Below are positions 1 to 10,578 of a stretch of 64,000 bases of DNA, piece after piece. The position numbers were made by a program, and so were the translations under genes. The stretch's first letter is position 1. The number at the start of each line of letters is the position of its first letter. Source of the DNA: an uncultured bacterium (GTDB lineage Bacteria; Krumholzibacteriota; Krumholzibacteriia; LZORAL124-64-63); NCBI GenBank assembly GCA_963727525.1, contig CAVSGO010000003.1, positions 192,001 to 256,000 on the forward strand, read 5' to 3'. The notes under the pieces are model-generated. The model was not told where the DNA came from, searched no databases, and saw only the letters and a program-made list of their open reading frames with translations.

Positions 1-980
1 GCACCCGGTCCACCGAAGTAGACGTCGGCGCGGCCGGCATCGAACCCGCCGGAGTCGTTGTGCATGTCGCCGATGATCACGTCGGCGAATCCATCGCCAT
101 TCACGTCGCCGGCCGGCGCGACACAGTATCCGAAACGGTCGCTGCCGGAGTCGCCGGTGAAGATCAGGTCCGCGACACCGTCGAAGTCCGGCCCACCAGA
201 AAAGAGGTAGGCCTGCGTCAGCGTGTTGCCGCCGACGAGCACGTCGGGCCAGCCGTCGCCATCGAAGTCGCCGGCCGCGCTGACGGACCATCCGAGAAAG
301 CCGTTCTCCGGTACGGAAAGGGTGACGTCTACGGAATCGTCGAGCGCCGTGCCACCGAACACCACGTACGCGCGCCCATCGGCCGAGGTGCCCGCCGGCG
401 CCCCGATGACGAGATCGTCGCCACCACCGTTGATATCACCCGGCCCGGCCACCGACCAGCCGAAGTACGCGAACGGAGCGGGGCCGGTGATCACCAGATC
501 CGGCACGTCATCGATCGTCGGGCCGCCGAAATACACGTACACGCGGCCGGCATTGAGTCCGCCCGCATCAAACTTCGGCGCACCGACGACGATGTCATTC
601 CAGCCGTCGCCGTCCACGTCGCCACACCCGCGAACCGAGGTTCCGAAGGCGTCGCCGGCAAACTCGCCGCTCAGCACGAGGTCGGGCGTATCGTCGTGGC
701 CGGGGCCTCCGAAGTAGACCCAGGCCTGGCCCGCGCTCACGCCGCTGTGCCGTGCGCCAGGCGCACCCACGACGAAGTCGCCGACGCCGTCGCCATTGAC
801 GTCACCCGCGGCGCTGAGAAAGAGTCCCAGCCCGGCGCTGTCGTTCTGTCCCGTGGCCGACAGGATCTCGGTGACCGGCACCGCGCTCGCCGTCATCGCC
901 AGGACGCCGATGGCGACACCCAGGAACGACGCCGAAGCGATGCGACCACACGTATGCAGTCGCGTGATATGGCTCACCAT
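1..980 (-). CDS. Secreted FG-GAP (integrin-alpha-like beta-propeller) repeat protein; 3' end runs off the window
   Basis: Not in the ORF track because there is no stop in the window. Translation from ATG 980 gives a signal-like N-terminus, then repeats such as AAGDVNGDGVGDFVVGAPG and AGDFDGDGWPDVLVG. Confidence 0.85.
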   Translation of the reverse strand, partial: MVSHITRLHTCGRIASASFLGVAIGVLAMTASAVPVTEILSATGQNDSAGLGLFLSAAGDVNGDGVGDFVVGAPGARHSGVSAGQAWVYFGGPGHDDTPDLVLSGEFAGDAFGTSVRGCGDVDGDGWNDIVVGAPKFDAGGLNAGRVYVYFGGPTIDDVPDLVITGPAPFAYFGWSVAGPGDINGGGDDLVIGAPAGTSADGRAYVVFGGTALDDSVDVTLSVPENGFLGWSVSAAGDFDGDGWPDVLVGGNTLTQAYLFSGGPDFDGVADLIFTGDSGSDRFGYCVAPAGDVNGDGFADVIIGDMHNDSGGFDAGRADVYFGGPG

Positions 981-1335
981 GGTGACTCACTTCGTTGAAA
1001 TAGACTGGTCCGGGTCCCCGTCCCGGATGCATGACTATCAGACGCTCATGGTACCGGATCGGCAAGTCCATTCCGGACTCTGTTGTGCCGCTCCGGTCAT
1101 GGTCGCGGAAGGCCAGGCGCCGGTATGCCATGCAAGTAGTTCTCATTCCGTGAATTGTCGGTGTCGCCGGTGCGCTTTCGCGATCGTGGCCGGACCCGCG
1201 GCGCGGCGCACTCTCGCTCTTGCTCCAGCTTTCCCGGACTGCACGCGTTGACCACGATGATGCGCCAGCAAGCTGGACCCGCGCGCGCGGCGCCCGGTCA
1301 CTCGATCGATGGGCAGGGGCGCTCGGGCCGAATGA

Positions 1336-2448
1336 CTACGCGGAGGCGGTTGCCTTCTCCGGCGGCTGATTCATCAGGTGGATGAATTCGTCGAAGTAGC
1401 GGTACGAGTCGTGCGGGCCGGGCGCGCTCTCGGGATGGTACTGCACCGCGAAGGCTCGCAGGTGCGGGGCGGCGAGTCCCTCGCAGCACCCGTCGCTGAG
1501 GTTGATCAGCGTGGGCACCACGCCGACGGGCAGCGACCGCGACTCCACTGCGAAGCCGTGGTTGTGGGCAGAGATCTCCACCGTACCGCCGTCGACGCCG
1601 CGCACCGGCTGGTTGCCGCCACGGTGGCCGAACTTGAGCTTGTAGGTCCGCGCACCGAGCGCGAGGGCGAGGATCTGGTGCCCCAGGCAGATGCCGAATA
1701 TGGGGATCCGCCCGAGCAGCTCGCGCACGTGCGCGATGGCATAGCTCACTGCGGCCGGGTCGCCGGGGCCGTTGCTGAGGAACACGCCGTGTGGCCGGGC
1801 GGCGAGGACCGCGGCGGCCGGCGTCGATGCCGGCACCACGGTGACGCGGCAGCCGCGCGCGGCGAGAAGGCGCAGGATGTTGCGCTTGATGCCATAGTCG
1901 TATGCCACCACGTGGAGCGGCGCGGCGCCGTCGCCCCACTCGTACGGTTCCTGGCAGGTGACCTCGCGCACAAGGTCGAGGCCGCTCATGTCGCGCGTGG
2001 CGCGAGCCATCGCCACGAGCCGCTCGGGATCGGCGTCGACCGTCGCGATCGCTGCGCGCATCGCTCCGCGTTCGCGAATGTGTCGGACAAGGGCGCGCGT
2101 GGACACATCGGTGATGCCCGGCACGTCGTGCTCGCGCAACCAGCCGTCGAGATCGCCCGTCGCCCGCCAGTTGCTCACCACGGGACTCAGATCACGCACC
2201 ACGACGGCGCTCGCCCAGATGCTGGCGCTCTCGTCGTCGTCATCGTTCACGCCGGTGTTGCCCACGTGGGTGGCGGTGAGAGTGACGAGCTGGCCATGGT
2301 ACGAGGGGTCAGTGAGGATCTCCTGATAACCGGTGAGGCTCGTGTTGAAGACGATCTCGCCCGTCGCTTCGCAGGTCGCGCCGAAGCCACGCCCCGGCCA
2401 GATGGAACCGTCCTCGAGGGCGAGCAGCGCTGGTCGTGATTCTCGCAT
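1336..2448 (-). CDS. carA: Carbamoyl-phosphate synthase small subunit
   Basis: [35 protein letters not shown] (catalytic Cys), QYHPE. Confidence 0.97.
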   Translation of the reverse strand: MRESRPALLALEDGSIWPGRGFGATCEATGEIVFNTSLTGYQEILTDPSYHGQLVTLTATHVGNTGVNDDDDESASIWASAVVVRDLSPVVSNWRATGDLDGWLREHDVPGITDVSTRALVRHIRERGAMRAAIATVDADPERLVAMARATRDMSGLDLVREVTCQEPYEWGDGAAPLHVVAYDYGIKRNILRLLAARGCRVTVVPASTPAAAVLAARPHGVFLSNGPGDPAAVSYAIAHVRELLGRIPIFGICLGHQILALALGARTYKLKFGHRGGNQPVRGVDGGTVEISAHNHGFAVESRSLPVGVVPTLINLSDGCCEGLAAPHLRAFAVQYHPESAPGPHDSYRYFDEFIHLMNQPPEKATASA

Positions 2449-2878
2449 GCACTCAACCTGAATTCGGGCCCGCAGGAGTGGCCGCGGATCGGCCGCCCGA
2501 AGGCAGATATATAGCGCAACGGTCGGAGCTTGAAAAGAGGCGAATAGGAATCGGGACTATTTGACTCTTTTTCGCCCGACCGCTGCTGGTAGGCTGGGTC
2601 CGGCGCCATCGGAACCTACACTCATGTCGGCGGAGAGTTCACGAACACGGGCCAGCTGGCCGTCGAATTCGGCTCGGGGCTCACGATCACCGGCGGCGCG
2701 ATCGCCGGGAACTTCACGCAGGTCGGTTTCCCGCCGGGGAGTGGTCCTGGGGTATTACGGGTACGCCCCCTTCCGTCACAGAGCCCAAGGTGGAGCGACC
2801 CCTGCGATATCATCGGCGCGGCCGGGACCACCGGCTGCCCGTCGGCGCCACGCTGCTTCGACCATCGTGAGGGTTCCC

Positions 2879-3847
2879 ATGGCGACGCTGAGTGCGATAC
2901 TCGATCACTACGACCGTAGCGCGTTTCGACCTGATGCCCCGCAGGCATTCGCCAACCAGCACAGGAAACTCGACGTGCTGGGCTCGGGGGCTTCCGGGTC
3001 GATCGCGGTGAGAGTGTTCAAGTACCACATGAACACCGACGACCCCCGCGGTGGCGTCGACCCGGCGGGAAGAATCAGTAATACAGGCTCCATGGATGAG
3101 TTCAGGGACGCCCGCGGTCCCATCGAGTCCTGGGTCCGGACCGCGAGTGCTGACGAGGGTGCGGCCGGTACGCGGGCCCGAACGAGACTCGCGGCCTTGC
3201 AGATGATCTCGGCGTCCGGCGCAGCCCCCGTGCGGTTGCGGCGGGTCTTCCTGGGGAAGGGATCACCACGGGATATCGCTCTGGCACTTTCGCTGCTTGC
3301 GCACAGCGGCCTCGTGGCGCGGCACCATCCCGGCAGCGCGGAAAAGGTGGCCCTGCAGCAGTATGCCGACCGCTACATGGGTGTCGATTGCAGCGGTTTC
3401 GTGAACAACTACTTCACGGCCATCGGCCGCCGCGCTCACGACCTCGTGGATCGTCCCGGCATTTCGACCTACGCGAGACCGGGGCGTCGTCTGCGCACGA
3501 TTCCGGGATCGCCGCGCAACCATGTCTTCTGCTGGTTGAAAGGCGAGTCGCGCACGAGCGCGCGGCCGCACCATCTGGCGGAATTCTCCCACATCGTCCT
3601 GGTCGACGACTGGGTGTCGCCACCTGGTGCGAATGGCGATCCCGTGCATGCGGTGCTGCGAGTCTCCCAGTCGGGGTCGAGCCTGGGCGGTATCTGCACG
3701 GGCCTGTACGAGATCCTCCGGGCGCCCGCAGCCACGGACGCCCGCTGCACCTGGCGGATCCGTCGCCTCGCGCACGGAGGCGACTTCAATCTGAATCCGA
3801 CGCCTCCGACGGCCTGGAACGAGGTGTTCCTGGCGCCACCCGTCTAG
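2879..3847 (+). CDS. Hypothetical protein with NlpC/P60-like Cys-His motif
   Basis: GVDCSGFV and downstream SHIVLVD. Start placed at ATG 2879 because the upstream part of ORF 2561 looks non-coding. Confidence 0.55.
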   Translation: MATLSAILDHYDRSAFRPDAPQAFANQHRKLDVLGSGASGSIAVRVFKYHMNTDDPRGGVDPAGRISNTGSMDEFRDARGPIESWVRTASADEGAAGTRARTRLAALQMISASGAAPVRLRRVFLGKGSPRDIALALSLLAHSGLVARHHPGSAEKVALQQYADRYMGVDCSGFVNNYFTAIGRRAHDLVDRPGISTYARPGRRLRTIPGSPRNHVFCWLKGESRTSARPHHLAEFSHIVLVDDWVSPPGANGDPVHAVLRVSQSGSSLGGICTGLYEILRAPAATDARCTWRIRRLAHGGDFNLNPTPPTAWNEVFLAPPV

Positions 3848-3852
3848 CCCGC

Positions 3853-5235
3853 TCAGCGCACGAGTTGCATGACGCGCGACTCCGCGTGATCACCCGCACG
3901 CAATCGGGAGATGTACGTACCCGAGGCGAGGGCGCGGCCGCGGTCGTCCTGGCCTTGCCACGTCACCGCGTGGTGGCCCGCGGCGGTCTCGCCGTGGGCG
4001 AGCACCGTCACCCGATGGCCGCCGAGGTCGAAGATGCTGAGATCGATCGCCATCGCCTCGGGAAGATCGAAAGCGATCGTGGTCATGGGATTGAACGGAT
4101 TCGGCGCATTCTGGGCGAGCCGCGGTGTCTCCGCCGGCGTGTCCTGCACCGGCGTGACCGTACAGCCCTGGCCCTGGGCTCCCATCTGCACCAGACAGTC
4201 GTTGTTCAGCGGCAGGCAGGGCGACTCCCCGGCCAGACCGACATCGCCGCCGGCCAGGTCGCAGAACAGGGGGTCCGCGTCGATGTTGCCTGCCACCCCC
4301 GTCTGGTCGCCGATGTAGCCCGTGTACCCGCCACCGTCGTTGCCATGGACGTCGCTGCAACGCACCGTGATGTCGGTGCCCGTGTCGTTCACGTCGATGC
4401 CGCCGCTGCCGTGATTGAAGGCGACGACGCACATCTCGACCGTGGATACCGAACCGGCGCCGAACATGATCCCCGCGCCGATGTCGGCGCGGTTGCCGGC
4501 GATCGTGCAGTGGACAATGGGATTGTCGATGCCACCGAGGCAGAACACGCCGCCTCCGAAGTACTGCCCCTCGTTGTTCAATATCTCGCAGAAGTTCACG
4601 GCGATCGAGGATTCGTAGAGGTACAGACCGGCGCCGTCGTCGGCACGGTTGTTCATGATCCGTGAGCTGAAGATCTCGCCACTGGTGGCGTAGGCATACA
4701 TGCCGCCCGCTCCGCCGGCGCCGCCCTCGTTGTCGGTGACGCCGGAGACGTAGAGCGTCAGGTCGGACGCATGTGCGTAGACGCCGCCGCCGCGGTAACC
4801 GGCGACGTTGCCGGTGATCGTGCACCCCAGCAAGGTCAGTACCGCGTTCTCGCAGAAGACGCCACCCCCGAGACCGGTAACGCCCGGGACGAAACCGCCG
4901 GTCATGGTGACGCCCTGGACGCTGGCGGACTGGGTCAGGTTCTCGGCGGTGAACACGCGCCCTTGCTGGTCGGCGTCGATGGTGACGCACGTGGCGACAC
5001 CGAGCTCGCTGCGCACCGCGACGCCGCCTTTCAGCATGAGGTCGTGCTCGTGGTACGTGCCGCAGGCCAGGACCACCTGGTCGCCGGCGCTTGCGGAATC
5101 GAGGGCGGCGGCGATGGTGGCCACCTCGGCCGGCACATGCCACGTGCGGGCCGTGGCGGCACCCGCGGCCGTGATGATCACGGCACAAGCGATTGTCGAA
5201 ATTATGAAAAGAGTTGGATGACCGGGGCGATGCAT
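3853..5235 (-). CDS. Secreted right-handed beta-helix protein with FlgD-Ig/T9SS-like CTD
   Basis: AGGAAGGAG RBS before ATG 5235; signal peptide; GGG(V/M)Y...N-x-A repeats; NIDADPLFC; CTD NAPNPFNPMTTIAF...SGTY...QLVR. Confidence 0.85.
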   Translation of the reverse strand: MHRPGHPTLFIISTIACAVIITAAGAATARTWHVPAEVATIAAALDSASAGDQVVLACGTYHEHDLMLKGGVAVRSELGVATCVTIDADQQGRVFTAENLTQSASVQGVTMTGGFVPGVTGLGGGVFCENAVLTLLGCTITGNVAGYRGGGVYAHASDLTLYVSGVTDNEGGAGGAGGMYAYATSGEIFSSRIMNNRADDGAGLYLYESSIAVNFCEILNNEGQYFGGGVFCLGGIDNPIVHCTIAGNRADIGAGIMFGAGSVSTVEMCVVAFNHGSGGIDVNDTGTDITVRCSDVHGNDGGGYTGYIGDQTGVAGNIDADPLFCDLAGGDVGLAGESPCLPLNNDCLVQMGAQGQGCTVTPVQDTPAETPRLAQNAPNPFNPMTTIAFDLPEAMAIDLSIFDLGGHRVTVLAHGETAAGHHAVTWQGQDDRGRALASGTYISRLRAGDHAESRVMQLVR

Positions 5236-5401
5236 GGCGGTCTCCTTCCTGGATTGCGGGAGGGGCGACCCCGATCCTATCACATCCCGGGGCGAAGCGT
5301 GGCCAATTGGTGTTCGCGCGCGCATTGCGGCCTTGTTTTCATTGCGAGGGATCGCGCGTCAAGCTGCTATATTGCTGCCTCACGAAAGGCGGCGGCAGTC
5401 G

Positions 5402-6868
5402 ATGCGCGGTCAACGCGGGGTTCTCCACAATCTCGGCATCCTCTCGGCGGGCCAGGTGCTCAGCCAGCTCCTCAACGTATGGGCGCTGGTGTATCTGGCC
5501 GGTCACCTTGGAGCCCACTGGTTCGGTGTCGTGCAGATCGGCGTGACGTTCATGGCCTACGCGCTGATCACGGCCGAGTGGGGCATGATGTCGCTGGGGA
5601 TCCGCGAGGTGTCGCGGCTCGACGATCTGGGTTCCGTGCGCACCTATACCCGCGAGCACCTCGGCCTGATGTCTGCTCAGGCGCTTCTCGTGCTCGTGGT
5701 AGGGCTCGTTGCCCTGCGGTGGCTGCCGTTCTACCGCGAGGATCCATTGATCTTCATGCTCTACCTGTTCACGGTGCTGCCGCAGGTGTTCATGCTGAGC
5801 TGGGTGGCCGTCGGCATGGAGCGGATGGTCTGGGTGGGCGCGACCAAGACAGCGCGGGCGCTGATCTACGCCCTGCTGGTGCTGCTGACGCTCGAGCCGC
5901 TGCAGCGTGCGACGGGCGTGTCGGCGGCGCGCCTCGTGCCGGCGTTGTTCCTGGTCGGCATGCTGATCGGCAATGTCGTGATCGCGTGGCCGCTGGCGCG
6001 CTGGTTCGGCGGGCTGCTCTTGCCCGGCTGGCCGGCTTCCGGGGAGGCGCGGCGCCGGTGGCGCGAGACGGCGCCGCTGGGCGCGGGTATCGTCGTGCTG
6101 CGCGTGCTCCTCAATGTGGATATCGTGATGCTGGGGCTGCTGGCCCGGCCCGAGGTGGCCGGCAACTACGCCGCGGCGTCGCGGGTGATCTTCCTGCTGG
6201 TCACGGCGGTGGAAGTGCTGTGGGCAGCGTTGCTACCGCGTTTCAGCCGTCTGGCGCGATACGACCGGTCGGGTTTCCACCGTGCCTTCAATCTCTATCT
6301 TGGCTGCGTGCTCGGGGGCCTGCTGCCGATCGCGGTGGGTGGGGTGATGGTGGGTCCGGACCTCATGCACTTCCTGTATGGCAGCGAGTTCCCCGATGCC
6401 GGTGGCGTGTTCCGCGTGCTGGCCGTGAGCTATGCGCTGCTCTCGGTCGGCACGTTCCTCGGCAACACGCTCGTGAGCGAGGATCGCCAGTCGCAGTACC
6501 TGCCGCCCGTCGTAGCGAGCGCGGTGGTCGCCATCGTGGCCACATTCGTCCTGATTCCCCGTCATGGCGGATTTGGCGCGAGCCTGGGGATGGGGGCCAG
6601 CCACTTTTTGCTCGCATCGACGCTTGGCTTTAAGTTGCGGCGGCAATACCATCGTCTCCTCGGCGAGACCCTACTACGGCTCGTGCCCGCGCTACTGGTG
6701 ATGGCCCTCGTGGTGCATCTGGCCAGCGGGTGGCACGTCGTGGTGCGCATCGCCTGCGGCGGCATAGCGTATGGTGCGGCGGCCGCCTGGCCACTGGTGC
6801 GACTCGTGCGGGGAGCAGCGGCCCTTCGCGTTCCGCAGATCTCGACCGACGAGCCTCCTGGCAGGTGA
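5402..6868 (+). CDS. Wzx-type oligosaccharide flippase (MOP superfamily)
   Basis: Many hydrophobic segments; LAGHLGAHWFG N-terminal pattern; DIVMLG...AGNYAAA; next to a glycosyltransferase. Confidence 0.85.
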   Translation: MRGQRGVLHNLGILSAGQVLSQLLNVWALVYLAGHLGAHWFGVVQIGVTFMAYALITAEWGMMSLGIREVSRLDDLGSVRTYTREHLGLMSAQALLVLVVGLVALRWLPFYREDPLIFMLYLFTVLPQVFMLSWVAVGMERMVWVGATKTARALIYALLVLLTLEPLQRATGVSAARLVPALFLVGMLIGNVVIAWPLARWFGGLLLPGWPASGEARRRWRETAPLGAGIVVLRVLLNVDIVMLGLLARPEVAGNYAAASRVIFLLVTAVEVLWAALLPRFSRLARYDRSGFHRAFNLYLGCVLGGLLPIAVGGVMVGPDLMHFLYGSEFPDAGGVFRVLAVSYALLSVGTFLGNTLVSEDRQSQYLPPVVASAVVAIVATFVLIPRHGGFGASLGMGASHFLLASTLGFKLRRQYHRLLGETLLRLVPALLVMALVVHLASGWHVVVRIACGGIAYGAAAAWPLVRLVRGAAALRVPQISTDEPPGR

Positions 6869-6875
6869 CGGCGCA

Positions 6876-7898
6876 ATGAACCTGGTCCTCCTCACCGACT
6901 ATCGCGGCGCTCTGAGACAGCGGCTCCAGGTCTTTCAGACCCTGGATGTGGATGCGCTCGTCGAGGAACTGGCCCGCCTTGGCATCGCGACGCGCAGCAT
7001 GCGGTTCGAGGACGTCGCGAACGGTGAGGACTTGGTCCAGGGCGAGACCATCCACTACACGAGCACGCAGGATCCGGGGTACCGCGGGTTCGTCGACGAC
7101 GTGCTCGACGACCTCCGCCGGCACAACACGCTCGTCCCGCGCTACGAGATATTCCGCAGCCACGAGAACAAGGGCTACCAGGAGCTGGAGAAGCGGCGGC
7201 TTGGCATCCGCGATCTCGGCTGGCACTATTTCGGAAACCTGCAGGGCTGGGAAGGGGACGCCGGCGAGATCACCTACCCGGTCGTCTTCAAGGCCACGCG
7301 AGGTTTCATGAGCAGCGGGGTGCGGCTGGTCGACGGCCCGGATGCTCTGCGCCATGTCATCCGCCGATTCAATCGGCCGCCCGGATTCACGTTGTACCGC
7401 GTCAAGAAACTCATCAAGCAGACGGTCATGCGCGGACGCTTTGTTCCTGAGATGTACACGGACTGTCCCTTCGGCGGGGGATTCGTGCTGCAGGAGTTCT
7501 CGCCCGGCGCCCTCGGCGACTGGAAGGTGCTCACTTATGGAGATCGCGTGTACGCGGTGCAGCGCGAGGTGAGGCCCGGCGACTTCCGCGCCAGCGGATC
7601 CGGACGGCTCGCCTTCGCCACGCCGCCGGACGTGGTGCTCGACTTCGCGCGCGACATCCACACGCGTCTCGACATGCCGATGAGCTCGCTCGACATCATC
7701 GAGGTCGCGGGCACCTGCCGGCTCGTGGAGTTCCAGGGGCTCCATTTCGGCACGTACACGCAGGAGAACGGTCCGCATCACTTCGTGCACGGTCCGGACG
7801 GCTGGCGGCGGATCGACGGCCGTCACGAGCTGGTCGCTGACTACGCGCACGCCCTGCACTGGTTTCTCGCGCGGCATCCCGACTCGGGCCGGTCATGA
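6876..7898 (+). CDS. ATP-grasp (RimK-like) protein
   Basis: YPVVFKA...SSGVRLV, LQEF, DWKV, DFRASGSG, LVEFQ; ATG 6876 follows the flippase stop. Confidence 0.75.
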   Translation: MNLVLLTDYRGALRQRLQVFQTLDVDALVEELARLGIATRSMRFEDVANGEDLVQGETIHYTSTQDPGYRGFVDDVLDDLRRHNTLVPRYEIFRSHENKGYQELEKRRLGIRDLGWHYFGNLQGWEGDAGEITYPVVFKATRGFMSSGVRLVDGPDALRHVIRRFNRPPGFTLYRVKKLIKQTVMRGRFVPEMYTDCPFGGGFVLQEFSPGALGDWKVLTYGDRVYAVQREVRPGDFRASGSGRLAFATPPDVVLDFARDIHTRLDMPMSSLDIIEVAGTCRLVEFQGLHFGTYTQENGPHHFVHGPDGWRRIDGRHELVADYAHALHWFLARHPDSGRS

Positions 7899-9139
7899 GG
7901 GTTCTGATCCAGAACAGCATCTTCTATCCCGACGTCATCGGTGGCGCCGAGATCTCCAGCCATCTGCTAGCGGTGAAGCTGCACGAGCGTGGCCATGCGG
8001 TGGACGCCCTTGCCACGAGTGGCCGCCGCGACACACCCGACGGTCTGGCCACGCGACCGCTGCCCGGCACAACCGGCCAAGTGTACTATGGCGCGTCGCA
8101 CGGGCTGTACGACCTGTATGGCCCCGACGGGCCACCCGAGCCGCCGGGCATCGTGGTGCGCGGTCTACATCATCTCGCGGCCGTGCGGTCGCCCCGCTGG
8201 CGCCGCCTGGCCGGCGAGGCTCTCGACCGCAGTCGCCCCGACGTCCTGCACACGAACACGATCGTGGGCATGACGCCCATGATCTGGGAGGCTGCGCGAG
8301 AGCGGGGCATACCCATCGTGCACACGCTGCGCGACTACCATCTCCTGTGCCCGCGCACAACATTGCTGCGTTCGAGCGGTCGCGAGTGCGTCGACACGCC
8401 ATGGCCCTGCCGTGCGCTGCGGCGGCTCAAGCTCGATCGCACCGGCGACATCGCCGTGATCACAGCGCCGTCCACCTTCGTGCTGCAACGACACCTCGAC
8501 GCCGGCGGATTTCCCGGCGCGCGCGCTGTGCGCGTGCCCAACTCCTGTGAGACGATTCCCGACACCATTCCCGATCGCCGCCATTGGACGTCGCCGCGGG
8601 GGATCTACCTCGGCCAACTCGACACGCACAAGGGCGTCGACGTATTGCTGGCGGCGCTGGCGCAGCTTGAGCAGAACAGCGCGCATGATCTCGGCTTCGA
8701 TTTCGCGGGCGTGGGGCCACTGGCGACCCGGGTCGAGGCGTTCTGCGCCACGGCGCCTGCACGCTTTCGCTATCACGGCCAGGTGGCCGGGAATACGAAG
8801 TACCAATTGCTGAGAGAAGCCTCATTCCTCGTCGTCCCCTCGGTGTGGAACGACAACTTCCCGCGCACGATGCTTGACGCCTTCGCCTGGGGCTTGCCGG
8901 TGATCGGCAGCGACCGCGGCGGAATCCCCGAGGTCGTCGGGCACGAGCGCGAGGGTGTGATCATCGAACCCGAACCGTCTGCCCTGGCCGCCGCCATCCG
9001 GCGCTACGCCGGCGATCCCGTTCTGCGGGCCCGCCACGGCGAGGCCGCGCGCGCGGCGGCCTCGCTATACACGATCGACAAGCAGGTGGACGCGTTCCTG
9101 GATATCTACGCGTCAGTCGTCGGTCCTGCCGCGAGCTAG
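7895..9139 (+). CDS. Glycosyltransferase family 4
   Basis: GGAE N-terminus, HTLRDY, HKGVD, PSVWNDNFP...GLPVIGSDRGGIPEVV; ATGA overlap with upstream gene. Confidence 0.92.
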   Translation: MRVLIQNSIFYPDVIGGAEISSHLLAVKLHERGHAVDALATSGRRDTPDGLATRPLPGTTGQVYYGASHGLYDLYGPDGPPEPPGIVVRGLHHLAAVRSPRWRRLAGEALDRSRPDVLHTNTIVGMTPMIWEAARERGIPIVHTLRDYHLLCPRTTLLRSSGRECVDTPWPCRALRRLKLDRTGDIAVITAPSTFVLQRHLDAGGFPGARAVRVPNSCETIPDTIPDRRHWTSPRGIYLGQLDTHKGVDVLLAALAQLEQNSAHDLGFDFAGVGPLATRVEAFCATAPARFRYHGQVAGNTKYQLLREASFLVVPSVWNDNFPRTMLDAFAWGLPVIGSDRGGIPEVVGHEREGVIIEPEPSALAAAIRRYAGDPVLRARHGEAARAAASLYTIDKQVDAFLDIYASVVGPAAS

Positions 9140-10578
9140 CTGCTCACCAACCGCACTCGCAGCGCACCCACACGCGATTTCAGGGCGAGCAACGCTCTGC
9201 GTGGCAGGAGTGGCGATGTGAACGCCGAGTCGAACGCCCGGGCGAGCCAGCCGCCGAGAGGGGCCGGCACGGCGTCGATGTGGGCGCGGATCGCCACCAG
9301 GTACCGGAAGAACCGGTGGGCGAACAGCACCTCGCCGTCGGTCAGCGTCGGCTGCTGGATCATGACCATCTCGCTGTTGTGCAGGCCGTGACGGTCGGTC
9401 AGGAAACCGTGCTCGCGGCAGACGCGGTGGCTCTGGGTGCCCGGGAAGGGGTAATAGATGAAGGCCGACATGATCGACGGCCGCAGGCGCGCATTCAGGC
9501 GGATCGTGGCCAGGAGTGTGCGCGGCGTCTCGAACGGCGCGCCGAGGATGTTGTAAGCCACCGTCTCGATACCCTGCGCGCGGAAGGCGTCGAACGCCTT
9601 CATGATCGTGGCGTTGGACTGTCCGCGCCGCAGTACCCGGTTCGCGATGTCCTCGTCGCCATTCTCCACGCCCATGCAGATCCGCTCGCAGCCGGCTTCC
9701 CGCAGCAGGCGGGGTACGTCGTCGCCGCCGAAGCCCGGACGCATGTTGCCCGTGAATGGCAGTCCGACGCGTGCGCGGTAGAGCGCGGAGAACTCGGTGA
9801 GCCACGCGTGATCGCGGCAGAGGATGTTGTCGTTGAAGACCAGCGATGTGATGCCGGGATACTGCCGGATCAGACCCTCGATATAGGCGATCGCGCGCGG
9901 CGGCGACATGAAGCGGACGTAATGCCGCCGGTCAGGGTAGGCGTCGCGCAGCGAGGCGTTGGCGCAGTACGTGCAACTGAACGGGCATCCGCGCGACACC
10001 ATCACGGGCAGGCGCCGGTGGCGCGCGTCGTAGAGCGATGCGTAGTCGTAGATGGAGTAATCGGGGAACGGCAGCGCGTCGAGGTCCTGCACCAGCGGGC
10101 GCGGGGGATTGCAGCGAATGGTGCCGTCGTCGGCGCGGCTCCAGGTGCCGAGCGTGGTGCTGGGATCGCCGGCGCCTTCGAGCCGGGCGCAGAGGTCGCG
10201 CAGCGTGAGCTCGCCCTCGCCCGTGCAGACATGGTCGACCTCGGGCACGGCCATGACATCCATCGGGTCGAGGATCGCATGCACGCCCCCGACGATGATC
10301 GGCGCGCGGCTCACCTCACGGGTCCAGCGGATCCACTCCCGCACGATGGGGAAGAAGTGCGTGATCGATGTGAAGCCCACCAGATCCGGAGCCGTGGCTT
10401 CCAGACGTCGCACGAAATCGGCCCGGGCCGGGGGGCAGGTGAGGTGGATCAGCGTGACAGTGTGGCCCTCGGCGTGCAGGACGGCGGCCATCGAGGCGAG
10501 CCCGTGGGCGAAGGTGCCGCCATAGGCGCCGGCGAAGTGTGGCAGATCGGGCAGCACGAAGGTGACGCGCAGGCTCAT
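9136..10578 (-). CDS. B12-binding radical SAM protein
   Basis: Cobalamin-binding N-domain (IIVGGVHA, GEGE); RGCPFSCTYC CxxxCxxC motif; MGVENG. Confidence 0.92.
   Translation of the reverse strand: MSLRVTFVLPDLPHFAGAYGGTFAHGLASMAAVLHAEGHTVTLIHLTCPPARADFVRRLEATAPDLVGFTSITHFFPIVREWIRWTREVSRAPIIVGGVHAILDPMDVMAVPEVDHVCTGEGELTLRDLCARLEGAGDPSTTLGTWSRADDGTIRCNPPRPLVQDLDALPFPDYSIYDYASLYDARHRRLPVMVSRGCPFSCTYCANASLRDAYPDRRHYVRFMSPPRAIAYIEGLIRQYPGITSLVFNDNILCRDHAWLTEFSALYRARVGLPFTGNMRPGFGGDDVPRLLREAGCERICMGVENGDEDIANRVLRRGQSNATIMKAFDAFRAQGIETVAYNILGAPFETPRTLLATIRLNARLRPSIMSAFIYYPFPGTQSHRVCREHGFLTDRHGLHNSEMVMIQQPTLTDGEVLFAHRFFRYLVAIRAHIDAVPAPLGGWLARAFDSAFTSPLLPRRALLALKSRVGALRVRLVSS

Noticed and set aside
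60..998. 312-aa plus-strand ORF and many other long overlapping ORFs (e.g. 18131-20344, 43520-46036, 46024-47889)
   Set aside because: Antisense or alternate-frame shadows of well-supported genes, expected in high-GC DNA; no recognisable motifs.
1336..2448. carA without adjacent carB
   Set aside because: Separation of carA and carB is common.
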